DNA of 33,557 nucleotides from a virus. Its lineage: Duplodnaviria; Caudoviricetes. Shown piece by piece: positions 19,960 through 26,929 of the stretch. Under the pieces are notes generated by a model. It made no database searches, had not been told where the DNA came from, and was given only the letters and a program-made list of their open reading frames with translations. Each line of letters starts with the position of its first letter. Position 1 is the stretch's first letter. The stretch lies in the IMG/VR virus record IMGVR_UViG_3300032237_000089, positions 1-33,557 of that record; one strand, given 5' to 3'. The position numbers were made by a program, and so were the translations under genes.

Positions 19960-20580
19960 TTATCCTTTTTTCAATGCTGCGCGTTGTTTGGAATCAAACC
20001 TAGACCACAATGCCGTTTTTTCGTCAGCATCAAGATTTTGATCTTCTATGTATTTTTTTGCGCCTTCAATGTTGTTCAGATTGATTTGAGCAATGACTTC
20101 CTCCGCAATTTCAGACAAGAATTTTTGTTCATCAGCAGGCATGGTGTCCCATACCGAAACAGCTATCGACTTGGGTGCGGATTTGGTAGCTGCATTGCCA
20201 TCGTCGTCCTCATTTTCCGTTGTGACACCGCAAGCAGCGGAAAGGCTATACCTGCGGGCATAAGTCAAAGCACTACCGTAACCCTGGGCATCAGCCTTGC
20301 TGACCGGCAGGTTAAGCACGCCGCAGGATAGCCACTCACCGGATGCGTGGAGCAGGATTGTCTCGACGCGCACTTCGTCTTTATCGGATGGCTCGACCCG
20401 TTGAATGTAGCTTAGTCCGCATTGACCGAATGCAGGACGGATGGCCTCAACCACCGAGGATAGATCGGCATACTTGGATTTGAAAAAAGGATTGTTACTA
20501 TCTTTGATTGCGCCCTTAATGTTCATTTGCGCCATTGCTAGCGCGGTTGCAAGATTTGCAATGGATTCGGATTTGTTCAT
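19960..20580 (-). CDS. erf: ERF-family single-strand annealing protein
   Basis: KDSNNPFFKSKYADL, VETILLHASGEW, AQGYGSALTYARRYSL..EDDDGN; start taken at MNKSES. Confidence 0.92.
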   Translation of the reverse strand: MNKSESIANLATALAMAQMNIKGAIKDSNNPFFKSKYADLSSVVEAIRPAFGQCGLSYIQRVEPSDKDEVRVETILLHASGEWLSCGVLNLPVSKADAQGYGSALTYARRYSLSAACGVTTENEDDDGNAATKSAPKSIAVSVWDTMPADEQKFLSEIAEEVIAQINLNNIEGAKKYIEDQNLDADEKTALWSRFDSKQRAALKKG

Positions 20581-20581
20581 T

Positions 20582-20677
20582 TCAGCAACCTTTCGCAAAA
20601 CAAAAAATTTCAAGAAAAACATACAAAGACATTGATACAACACCAACTATTAGTAAGATTTTTTCAATGTTTTCCAT
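20582..20677 (-). CDS. Micro membrane peptide (31 aa)
   Basis: MENIEKILLIVGVVSMSLYVFLEIFCFAKGC; TGATG coupling upstream, stop just before erf ATG. Confidence 0.55.
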   Translation of the reverse strand: MENIEKILLIVGVVSMSLYVFLEIFCFAKGC

Positions 20678-20751
20678 CACGACAGCACTCCCGTAACGAT
20701 AAGTATAAAAATTAGTGTGAAGCCGATAGCTACTGCGCGGTCGCCGTTCAT
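20677..20751 (-). CDS. Micro membrane peptide (24 aa)
   Basis: MNGDRAVAIGFTLIFILIVTGVLS; ATGA overlap with upstream stop; GAGG/AAGG upstream. Confidence 0.55.
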   Translation of the reverse strand: MNGDRAVAIGFTLIFILIVTGVLS

Positions 20752-21035
20752 GTGCCTTGCCTCAGTTTGCGTGAGAAAACGTCGTAGTCGTAATCGCCGC
20801 GATCTACCCAACGATCCCATTCCCGCGTTTTGTCCCAATCGTCCATCGTGGCTTCCGGCAGCGCCCAATGGATGCCTTCGGGCTTGCACGTTCCCCAAGC
20901 AGCGCGTTCAAGGTTGCAGAAGGTCGGCAACACGCTCCCGCTGATGGGTGAGAATTGCGGCTTGCGTGTGCATTCAGATGCCTCGATGTTGTCGGCGTTT
21001 TTTTTGTAATGCTTGCAATGTTTGCATAGGTTCAT
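20748..21035 (-). CDS. Cys-rich early protein
   Basis: MNLCKHCKHY...C..P..SPISG...C..ER..C.PEG..W; AGGAG RBS before ATG 21035. Confidence 0.7.
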   Translation of the reverse strand: MNLCKHCKHYKKNADNIEASECTRKPQFSPISGSVLPTFCNLERAAWGTCKPEGIHWALPEATMDDWDKTREWDRWVDRGDYDYDVFSRKLRQGT

Positions 21036-21074
21036 GGTGTCTCCTGTTGTTGTCAATTGGTTACTGCAAAACGG

Positions 21075-21103
21075 ACTTTACTTACCTAATTGCACATTGT
21101 CAA
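21075..21103 (-). promoter_or_regulatory. Leftward sigma70 promoter
   Basis: TTGACA-N17-TAAAGT on the - strand, upstream of the early arm. Confidence 0.75.
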
Positions 21104-21124
21104 CAACTGTTGCAAAGGAAAATT

Positions 21125-21204
21125 GTAAAGTATTCTTAACTAAATCCACGCCGCTTGACAAGATAGCTTTGCACAGGATACGATACTTTGCAAGTTAACT
21201 TACA
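21125..21204. promoter_or_regulatory. Three operator-like AAG-N4-CTT sites
   Basis: Cores at 21128-37, 21160-69 and 21192-201. Confidence 0.55.
21155..21184 (+). promoter_or_regulatory. Rightward sigma70 promoter
   Basis: TTGACA-N18-TACGAT upstream of the AGGAGG RBS of the cro-like gene. Confidence 0.65.
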
Positions 21205-21213
21205 GGAGGCAGT

Positions 21214-21435
21214 ATGAAGATTCAGCAGGCAGAGCAGCATTTTGGCAACCGGCGCAAATTGGCAGAGGCGTTGGGCATTACGAGCCAGGCAGTAAGCCAA
21301 TGGGCGAAGCGTGGGCAGATTCCCGAGGGGATGGCATACAAGCTCCAAGTCATCACGAACGGGGCGCTGGTGGTCAATCCTGTTGACTACATCCCCGTCG
21401 AGCAGATGGTTGCCGAGATCGTTCCGCAGCAATGA
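21214..21435 (+). CDS. cro: Cro/YdaS-like HTH regulator
   Basis: HFG...LAEALGITSQAVSQW...IP...AYKLQVITNGAL. Confidence 0.85.
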   Translation: MKIQQAEQHFGNRRKLAEALGITSQAVSQWAKRGQIPEGMAYKLQVITNGALVVNPVDYIPVEQMVAEIVPQQ

Positions 21436-22697
21436 AGTTTCTTTCGGTCTGTAGCGGCATTGAGGCAGCATCCTGCGCGTGGGATTGGGAGGCTGTCGCA
21501 TTCTCTGAGATTGAGAAGTTCCCCAGTCAAGTTTTGTCACATCATTACCCCGAAACCCCGAATTGGGGCGACATGACCAAGTTTAAGGAGTGGCCTGATG
21601 CAAATGTCGATGTTCTCGTCGGAGGAACGCCCTGTCAGTCTTTTTCAATCGCAGGACTTAGAAAAGGACTGGATGACCCGCGTGGCAACCTCATGCTCAC
21701 GTATCTTGCCATTGCTTCAAAGTATCGGCCCAAGTGGGTGGTTTGGGAGAACGTCCCCGGCGTGCTATCCAGTAACGGAGGACTCGACTTTGCCAGCTTC
21801 CTTCGAGGGTTGGGGGAATGCGGGTATGGGTTCGCCTACCGAGTTCTTGACGCTCAGTATTTCGGAGTTCCACAGCGCCGCCGACGTGTGTTCGTTGTCG
21901 GATGTCTTGGAGACTGGAGAAGTGCCGCAGCGGTTCTTTTTGAGCAGCACAGCCTGCAAGGGCATCTTGCGCCGAGCAGAAAAAAGGGGGAAAGTTTTAC
22001 CGAAACAGCTCGAAAAAGCGCTGCGAGCAGTCGATGGCCCGCAGATATAAGCAGCACCCTTGACACGACTTTTGGGACAAAACAAGGATTGGAAGATCAG
22101 CACGTCAATGCCGGTTGCCCAATGTTTGTATCTGCGGAAATGACAACGGTGCAAACTCTCAGAACAAGAAGACCCGGCGAAGGTGGAATGTCGCATGACC
22201 ATGAACATCTTGTTCCGACACTTTCACCGGCATTGAACACTTGCAGCGGCGCAAATCATGCACCGGACACAAAGGCTTACATTGTGCAGCCGACCTATTC
22301 TTTGCAAGGCGCAGGTGTTACTTCTCAAAATTCGCAGGGATCGGGTTGGAATGAGGAAGTTAGCTTTACGCTCAATCGCATGGATGTTCATGGGGTAGCA
22401 GTAGGCACAGATGTTTACAACGGGGCAATAACGGGCGATGTAGCAGCCACAATGGGAACGCCGGGAAGCAGCGTTAACGCCAGCGGGCCGACAGTCATGC
22501 AATCAATGGCGGTGCGCCGTCTGACCCCGATGGAATGCGAGCGACTCCAAGGCTTTCCTGACGGCTACACGGACATCAAGCTAAACGGCAAGCCTACCCC
22601 TGATGGCCCTCGATACAAGGCGCTAGGGAACTCTATGGCAGTCCCTGTAATGCGGTGGATTGGGCAGCGGATTGAGGCAGTTGACAGGATCAAATAA
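21432..22697 (+). CDS. DNA (cytosine-5) methyltransferase
   Basis: Motif I SVCSGIEA, IV GGTPCQSFS, VI WENVPG, VIII QRRRRVF, IX RRLTPMECERLQGFP, X YKALGNS. Confidence 0.95.
   Translation: MKFLSVCSGIEAASCAWDWEAVAFSEIEKFPSQVLSHHYPETPNWGDMTKFKEWPDANVDVLVGGTPCQSFSIAGLRKGLDDPRGNLMLTYLAIASKYRPKWVVWENVPGVLSSNGGLDFASFLRGLGECGYGFAYRVLDAQYFGVPQRRRRVFVVGCLGDWRSAAAVLFEQHSLQGHLAPSRKKGESFTETARKSAASSRWPADISSTLDTTFGTKQGLEDQHVNAGCPMFVSAEMTTVQTLRTRRPGEGGMSHDHEHLVPTLSPALNTCSGANHAPDTKAYIVQPTYSLQGAGVTSQNSQGSGWNEEVSFTLNRMDVHGVAVGTDVYNGAITGDVAATMGTPGSSVNASGPTVMQSMAVRRLTPMECERLQGFPDGYTDIKLNGKPTPDGPRYKALGNSMAVPVMRWIGQRIEAVDRIK
21598..22050 (+). CDS. Nested +1-frame ORF inside the methyltransferase
   Basis: 150 codons without a stop; AAGGAG (21585-90) 7 nt before ATG; SLSDVLE.G.VPQRFFLS..AC.GILRRAEKRGK. 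Confidence 0.6.
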   Translation: MQMSMFSSEERPVSLFQSQDLEKDWMTRVATSCSRILPLLQSIGPSGWFGRTSPACYPVTEDSTLPASFEGWGNAGMGSPTEFLTLSISEFHSAADVCSLSDVLETGEVPQRFFLSSTACKGILRRAEKRGKVLPKQLEKALRAVDGPQI

Positions 22698-22709
22698 TCG
22701 TGCCATTCT
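22681..22709 (+). promoter_or_regulatory. Putative promoter for the structured RNA leader
   Basis: TTGACA-N17-CATTCT with TG extended -10. Confidence 0.55.
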
Positions 22710-22767
22710 ATCTTTGTCCGAGAGAAAGATCGGCCGCGTGTGGCAACGCGAAAAGAGTTACCAGCAT

Positions 22768-22866
22768 GAACCCATCTACGCATGGGCTTCGGTTGTCGAG
22801 AGTTGTTGCTGGTCTCTCTCTCTGCCACCGCAGCCGCAAGCCCAGCCGTAGGTGGGTTTTTCTTTT
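22768..22866 (+). ncRNA. C4/CI-like antisense RNA hairpin ending in a U-tract
   Basis: AACCCATCTACG pairs with CGTAGGTGGGTT; inner TGGGCTT/AAGCCCA and CGGTTG/CAGCCG; loop segments complementary to flanking sequences. Confidence 0.6.
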
Positions 22867-23087
22867 GGACTACACCATGCTGGGCAATGAGAGCAACAGC
22901 GGCATGAGTGGAAAGCGCTACTGGTGGCTAAGGTTTGAAACAGCGCATAAAGAGGTGGCGAAGATAGTGCCTCTAACCGAAAGACTGTCGCGTGTCGCGG
23001 CTCCGAAGAGCAGCTACTAAAGGGCGCATAGGCTAAGGCTACGTGCGCTCACCAAAGAGCAGATAGCAGTAACTACTAGAGGAAGTT

Positions 23088-23270
23088 ATGACTAATAAAG
23101 AAAAGACGAGCGAATACTGGGTGACTGACAAAGAAGTGATGATCGAATATCTATTCCTAAAAGTTCGACAAGAAGATTGGCACGGCGTAGCCGATGCAGC
23201 AATGGACATAAGAGAAATGGAGGCAAAAAAATGTTCGACGAGTTCTATTCCAAGTTCCCCAAAAAAGTAG
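23088..23270 (+). CDS. Small conserved phage protein
   Basis: GAGGA RBS; YL..KV..EDWHGVADAAMDIRE.EA. Confidence 0.7.
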   Translation: MTNKEKTSEYWVTDKEVMIEYLFLKVRQEDWHGVADAAMDIREMEAKKCSTSSIPSSPKK

Positions 23271-23575
23271 CCCGCAAGGATGCACAGAAAGCATGGTCGC
23301 GGCTGACTGCCGAGCAGCAACAGAAAGCACTACAGGCGATTGATGATCATGTGCGTATGTGGACAGCCGAGGGGCGAGATAAACAGTTCATTCCTCATCC
23401 TGCAAGCTGGCTCAACGGCGAACGGTTCGACGATGAAATCTCAATGCCGGAGAAAAAGGTAGTGGCATGGTGGACAAGCGATCAGCTAACAATGGAGCAC
23501 GGTCGCAAGATCGGAGTGCCAGCGCGTCCGGGCGAGGACATGACGCAGTATCGCCTGCGGTTACGGGCAGCGTAA
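23231..23575 (+). CDS. Replication initiator/replisome organizer, C-terminal domain only
   Basis: GGAGG RBS; MFDEFYSKFPKKVARKDAQKAW...FIPHPASWLNGERFDDE. Confidence 0.7.
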   Translation: MFDEFYSKFPKKVARKDAQKAWSRLTAEQQQKALQAIDDHVRMWTAEGRDKQFIPHPASWLNGERFDDEISMPEKKVVAWWTSDQLTMEHGRKIGVPARPGEDMTQYRLRLRAA

Positions 23576-23744
23576 CTTGGCGCGAAAGAGTTGCAACAGC
23601 GGTGCGCGTGCAGGAAATGACGCGAGAGGAACGGGCAGTAGCTATGCCTATGTCAGCAGCGATTGTGAGGGCGTTTGCGGCTGAGTTTGAAGTAGTAGAA
23701 GTGAGGGCACATGAAAACAACCTTTACTATGAATGGATAAAAAA

Positions 23745-24041
23745 ATGATGCTAGATAAATTCTTCCCAAACTTGCAATTTCCCCGTGTGCGTAACACCGA
23801 TCCCGATACCAGTCATGCAGCAGCGGATCAGGCAGCAGAACTAGCCACAAAGCATCACGGCATCATCCTAGCGGCGCTACACCTTCCCGGCACTATCTAC
23901 GACATAGCTGCCCGCACAGACTTAGATCACAACGCAGTCGCTAGGCGCATGAGCGAACTAGAACGATTGGACTTTGTTTACCCCGATGGCAAGAAAAAAG
24001 GCGCGTCAGGCCGTATGTGCCGCGTGTGGGTGAAGAAATGA
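23745..24041 (+). CDS. Winged-HTH protein (RxTDPxTSHxAA family)
   Basis: RNTDPDTSHAAA, TIYDIAART.LD..AVARRMSELER; ATGA coupling. Confidence 0.75.
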   Translation: MMLDKFFPNLQFPRVRNTDPDTSHAAADQAAELATKHHGIILAALHLPGTIYDIAARTDLDHNAVARRMSELERLDFVYPDGKKKGASGRMCRVWVKK

Positions 24042-24421
24042 ACGAACGCGACGCATTGAAATTGGGTTTGCAGCTAGTAGAAACGGCTGAATACCTTGCA
24101 ACTGATTCTGCAATTTGCGGCAATTATGTAAAGGAAGAAAGAGCATTGATTCAGCAAAGCAAAATTGCGTTTGAAGAAGCCTTGGCACAGTCAGATCAAG
24201 AATCTGATGACCTTACTATTGCTTACACCAGTGGTTTTTTTGCAGGTAAGAAAAATCGCGAATGGGTTGGGTTGACGGAGGAGGACATTCAACCGGCTAT
24301 TCGAAAAGCAATGATTTACTACGGGTACGATCCAAAACATTCGACGCTTACATCAGGAGCAGGGTTTTGCGAATTGATTCGCGCCATTGAAGCCAAGCTG
24401 CGGGAGAAGAATGAATGCTAG
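24038..24421 (+). CDS. Nin-region hypothetical protein
   Basis: REWVGLTEEDI...RAIEAKLREKN; ATGA coupling. Confidence 0.65.
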   Translation: MNERDALKLGLQLVETAEYLATDSAICGNYVKEERALIQQSKIAFEEALAQSDQESDDLTIAYTSGFFAGKKNREWVGLTEEDIQPAIRKAMIYYGYDPKHSTLTSGAGFCELIRAIEAKLREKNEC

Positions 24422-24831
24422 TCCAACTTCTTCAACCCGATCCGATCTTGCTTGATGACCCTGTGCGTCCTAATATCAGTCCGAGGCGGCGTATTGAAGG
24501 AAATAATCGTGGTGTTTATGCGTGGATAGAGAACAGACAAATTTGCGCGATTGTGTGCGTCACGCATGAAGCATTGATACCGACAACTGAGAAAGAATTG
24601 TTTCAATTAGATTGGGAATGGCCTAACAAAGCAGTGTTGTATTCGGCGTGGTCATACAAAAAAGGATCAGCAAGTAAGTTGGTGCAAGCGTTGGTCAAAA
24701 AAATAAAAAAAAGAACCGGATGGCGCATCGTAACTATGTCACCAAAAACTGACATGGCGCGAGACTTTCACATCCGCAACGGCGCAAAGGTGCTGCAAGT
24801 CAACAGGACAACAATTAACTATGAATATTGA
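24415..24831 (+). CDS. Hypothetical protein, possible GNAT-like fold
   Basis: DDPVRPNI, AVLYSAWSYKKG, VTMSPKTDMARDFHIRNGA. Confidence 0.6.
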   Translation: MLVQLLQPDPILLDDPVRPNISPRRRIEGNNRGVYAWIENRQICAIVCVTHEALIPTTEKELFQLDWEWPNKAVLYSAWSYKKGSASKLVQALVKKIKKRTGWRIVTMSPKTDMARDFHIRNGAKVLQVNRTTINYEY

Positions 24832-25123
24832 CCGCACCATCGACCAAAACGCCGCGCAATGGCCTGTCCTAGAAGCGTGGTCTAGGCAAAAGATGTGGAT
24901 CGTAAACGGCGCAAAAACGCGCATGAGCGCAGAAGAATGGAAGGACGTACTGACAGCCGCTTTTGAGGGCGAAACATCGCCACGGCTCGCTATGGGGCTA
25001 AATGGAGGTGTTGTTATGCTTGGCAGACGAACGAGCAAATACACCAAGGCTCGATTCTCGGAATGGCTGGATTGGTTGATGGCAGCAACTCACCATGCGG
25101 GAGTGACTCTTGACGAAAGCTGA
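24821..25123 (+). CDS. ninB: NinB/Orf-like recombination protein (short N-terminus)
   Basis: RTIDQNA..W..L, EEWKDVLTAA, GLNGGVVMLG.RTSK. Confidence 0.75.
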   Translation: MNIDRTIDQNAAQWPVLEAWSRQKMWIVNGAKTRMSAEEWKDVLTAAFEGETSPRLAMGLNGGVVMLGRRTSKYTKARFSEWLDWLMAATHHAGVTLDES

Positions 25124-25394
25124 ACAGGAATGGCACGCCAAGGTCAGAGACTTGGGGTGTATTGTTTGCCGGTTGTTCCACGGGGAACGTTCCGACGGCG
25201 ATATCCACCACGTTTTGTCGGGCAGCAAACGGGCGGGTGAAATGTTTGTGATATGCCTATGCCCGACCCATCACAGAAGTGGACGAAATAACCCCGAATA
25301 TGTCAGCAGGCATCCGTGGCGGCGTGAGTTTGAGAAGCGTTACGGGACAGAGGAACACTTGTTACAACAGACGAAAGATTTGTTAAATGCGTAG
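25110..25394 (+). CDS. Ref/DUF968-like HNH-type nuclease
   Basis: GCIVCR...IHH...ICLCPTHHR...FEKRYGTE..LL. Confidence 0.75.
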   Translation: MTKAEQEWHAKVRDLGCIVCRLFHGERSDGDIHHVLSGSKRAGEMFVICLCPTHHRSGRNNPEYVSRHPWRREFEKRYGTEEHLLQQTKDLLNA

Positions 25395-25710
25395 AGCAGC
25401 GAAGGTCGATAGTAACCATTCCCTGATTGTCGAGCATTTTCGGGCGCGAGGTTGTTCGGTGTTGTCCTTAGCCGCGATGGGACGGGGTGTGCCGGATTTG
25501 CTGGTGGCGAAACAAGGAATCACATGGCTGGTCGAAGTCAAGCAGCCCAAGGGGAAACAAAACTTACTACAGGAAGATTGGGCAGAGCGGTGGACTGGAT
25601 GTTGGGCTGTGGTAAGAGATGAAGCCGGGGTAGAAAATCTAGTCTTAGTCATGCAGAACCAAGCTGCTAGAATGGCAGAGACAGATATGAAGTTTTCTGC
25701 TAGTGTGTAG
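25387..25710 (+). CDS. VRR-NUC-like PD-(D/E)xK nuclease (candidate resolvase)
   Basis: RAAKVDSN, GVPDLLV, LVEVK..KG...Q..W. Confidence 0.75.
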   Translation: MRRAAKVDSNHSLIVEHFRARGCSVLSLAAMGRGVPDLLVAKQGITWLVEVKQPKGKQNLLQEDWAERWTGCWAVVRDEAGVENLVLVMQNQAARMAETDMKFSASV

Positions 25711-25743
25711 CCTGTACCGTCCTCCCCTCCTTCGGATGGTTTG

Positions 25744-25785
25744 TCGAGGTTGGTGTCACAGGCGCTATTCTGCCTCGATTTTTTT
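25744..25785 (+). terminator. Rho-independent terminator before the late operon
   Basis: TCGAGGT/GCCTCGA outer stem, TGGTGTC/GGCGCTA inner stem, then T7. Confidence 0.7.
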
Positions 25786-25794
25786 GGGTGAGTT

Positions 25795-26160
25795 ATGGAT
25801 AAAGATGTCGCTGATTTCGTCTTAGTCCTCCTGCATAGCGGGACGAATGCTCATCTTATGCACCTAGCCGCAGAAGGGCCGGGTAGCTATGCCAAGCACG
25901 TCGCACTTGGCGAATACTACAAAGAGATCATCGAAACCACCGACCAGTTTGCCGAGGCGTATCAGGGCAAGTATGGTCGCATCAAAGGCTACGGTGAGGA
26001 CTATCACGTAGCCACAGACGCGATGCAGTATTTGACTGCTATGAAAGACTTTGTGGGCGAAGCCCGAGAGTTGTTGCCGCAAGATTCTGAACTGCAAAAC
26101 ATCGTTGACGAAATAGCTGATCTCATCAATACCACGTTGTATAAACTCACTCTGTCATAG
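25795..26160 (+). CDS. Ferritin/Dps-like four-helix protein (DUF5856-like)
   Basis: H..H....SYAKH.ALGEYY....D.FAEAYQGKYG, ELQNIVDEI..LIN.TLYKL. Confidence 0.75.
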   Translation: MDKDVADFVLVLLHSGTNAHLMHLAAEGPGSYAKHVALGEYYKEIIETTDQFAEAYQGKYGRIKGYGEDYHVATDAMQYLTAMKDFVGEARELLPQDSELQNIVDEIADLINTTLYKLTLS

Positions 26161-26169
26161 GGGAATCAC

Positions 26170-26364
26170 ATGAAATACGGAACTTCCGCAAAAGCACCCG
26201 CAGGCGTTGCCAAAGCTGACGCAAGCGGCGAACAGAAAGAACCGATGCGTGGCGGCGTAGGAATGGGCAAGCAAGACATGACCGGCGCTGACAAGAAGTA
26301 CGACACGGGCCGTACTGCTGGCGTGTGCTATACGCACACCCGTACCGAATACAAGCAGAAGTAA
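26170..26364 (+). CDS. Small hypothetical protein
   Basis: 64 aa; AGGGGA RBS. Confidence 0.65.
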   Translation: MKYGTSAKAPAGVAKADASGEQKEPMRGGVGMGKQDMTGADKKYDTGRTAGVCYTHTRTEYKQK

Positions 26365-26424
26365 GCGAATCCCTGAGACTCTCGACAGTCTCAGAGATTC
26401 TAACCAAGCAATGAAGGAGCATTG

Positions 26425-26613
26425 ATGGCTGTATACAACTGTAGCACCTGCACGTACTTTTTGCCGGGCAATGAGGTGATGGGGCAATGCCGACGTTTTC
26501 CTCAAAGCTATAACAAGCACCGCGTAGAGTGGTGTGGCGAATGGTGGGGGCAGGAAGAAAAGCGCAAGCCGGGTCGCCCGCGTAAAGAGCCTACGTTAGA
26601 GGTGGTCGTATGA
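26425..26613 (+). CDS. Small Cys-rich protein with AT-hook-like tail
   Basis: CSTCTYF..GQCRRFP..WCGEW, RKPGRPRK; AAGGAG RBS. Confidence 0.65.
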   Translation: MAVYNCSTCTYFLPGNEVMGQCRRFPQSYNKHRVEWCGEWWGQEEKRKPGRPRKEPTLEVVV

Positions 26614-26915
26614 ACTTCCGACCGCTGCAAGACAAGATTCTAGTGTTACCCGAAGCGCGCATTAAGTCAGATGTGATTCAGGTAATGGATAACGAAGCCG
26701 ACAGCCGTGGAACTGTAGTGGCTGTGGGTAGTGGGCAAAAGTACGATAACGGCAAGCAAGACCCAATGCCGTTAAAGGTGGGCGACAAGGTGTTTTTTGG
26801 TACTTATGGAAAATCTAGTGCTGACGATTACCTGCGTTACTCAGAGTATTTTGAAGATGACGTGCGATACCTTTTGATGAGTTGGAAGGATGTCGCGTTT
26901 GTAGAAGAAACTTAA
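26610..26915 (+). CDS. groES: Co-chaperonin GroES
   Basis: FRPLQDKILV, GTVVAVGSG, PLKVGDKVFF. Confidence 0.9.
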   Translation: MNFRPLQDKILVLPEARIKSDVIQVMDNEADSRGTVVAVGSGQKYDNGKQDPMPLKVGDKVFFGTYGKSSADDYLRYSEYFEDDVRYLLMSWKDVAFVEET

Positions 26916-26929
26916 CGAAAGGAATTAAC

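Noticed and set aside
21432-22697. Complete restriction-modification system
   Set aside because: No cognate restriction endonuclease is adjacent; the nearby nucleases are typical nin-region types, so this is an orphan MTase
22768-22866. tRNA gene
   Set aside because: Branched hairpin lacks the T-loop GTTCRA, D-loop and acceptor-stem geometry
22700-23020. 106-aa GTG-start ORF across the structured region
   Set aside because: No RBS, crosses a terminator-like hairpin and has no protein-like features; only the part from ATG 22877 is kept as a possible leader peptide
23467-23748. 93-aa + strand ORF overlapping the initiator gene
   Set aside because: The 3' half (23575-23748) probably codes, but no convincing start or RBS could be assigned, so it is not listed as a feature
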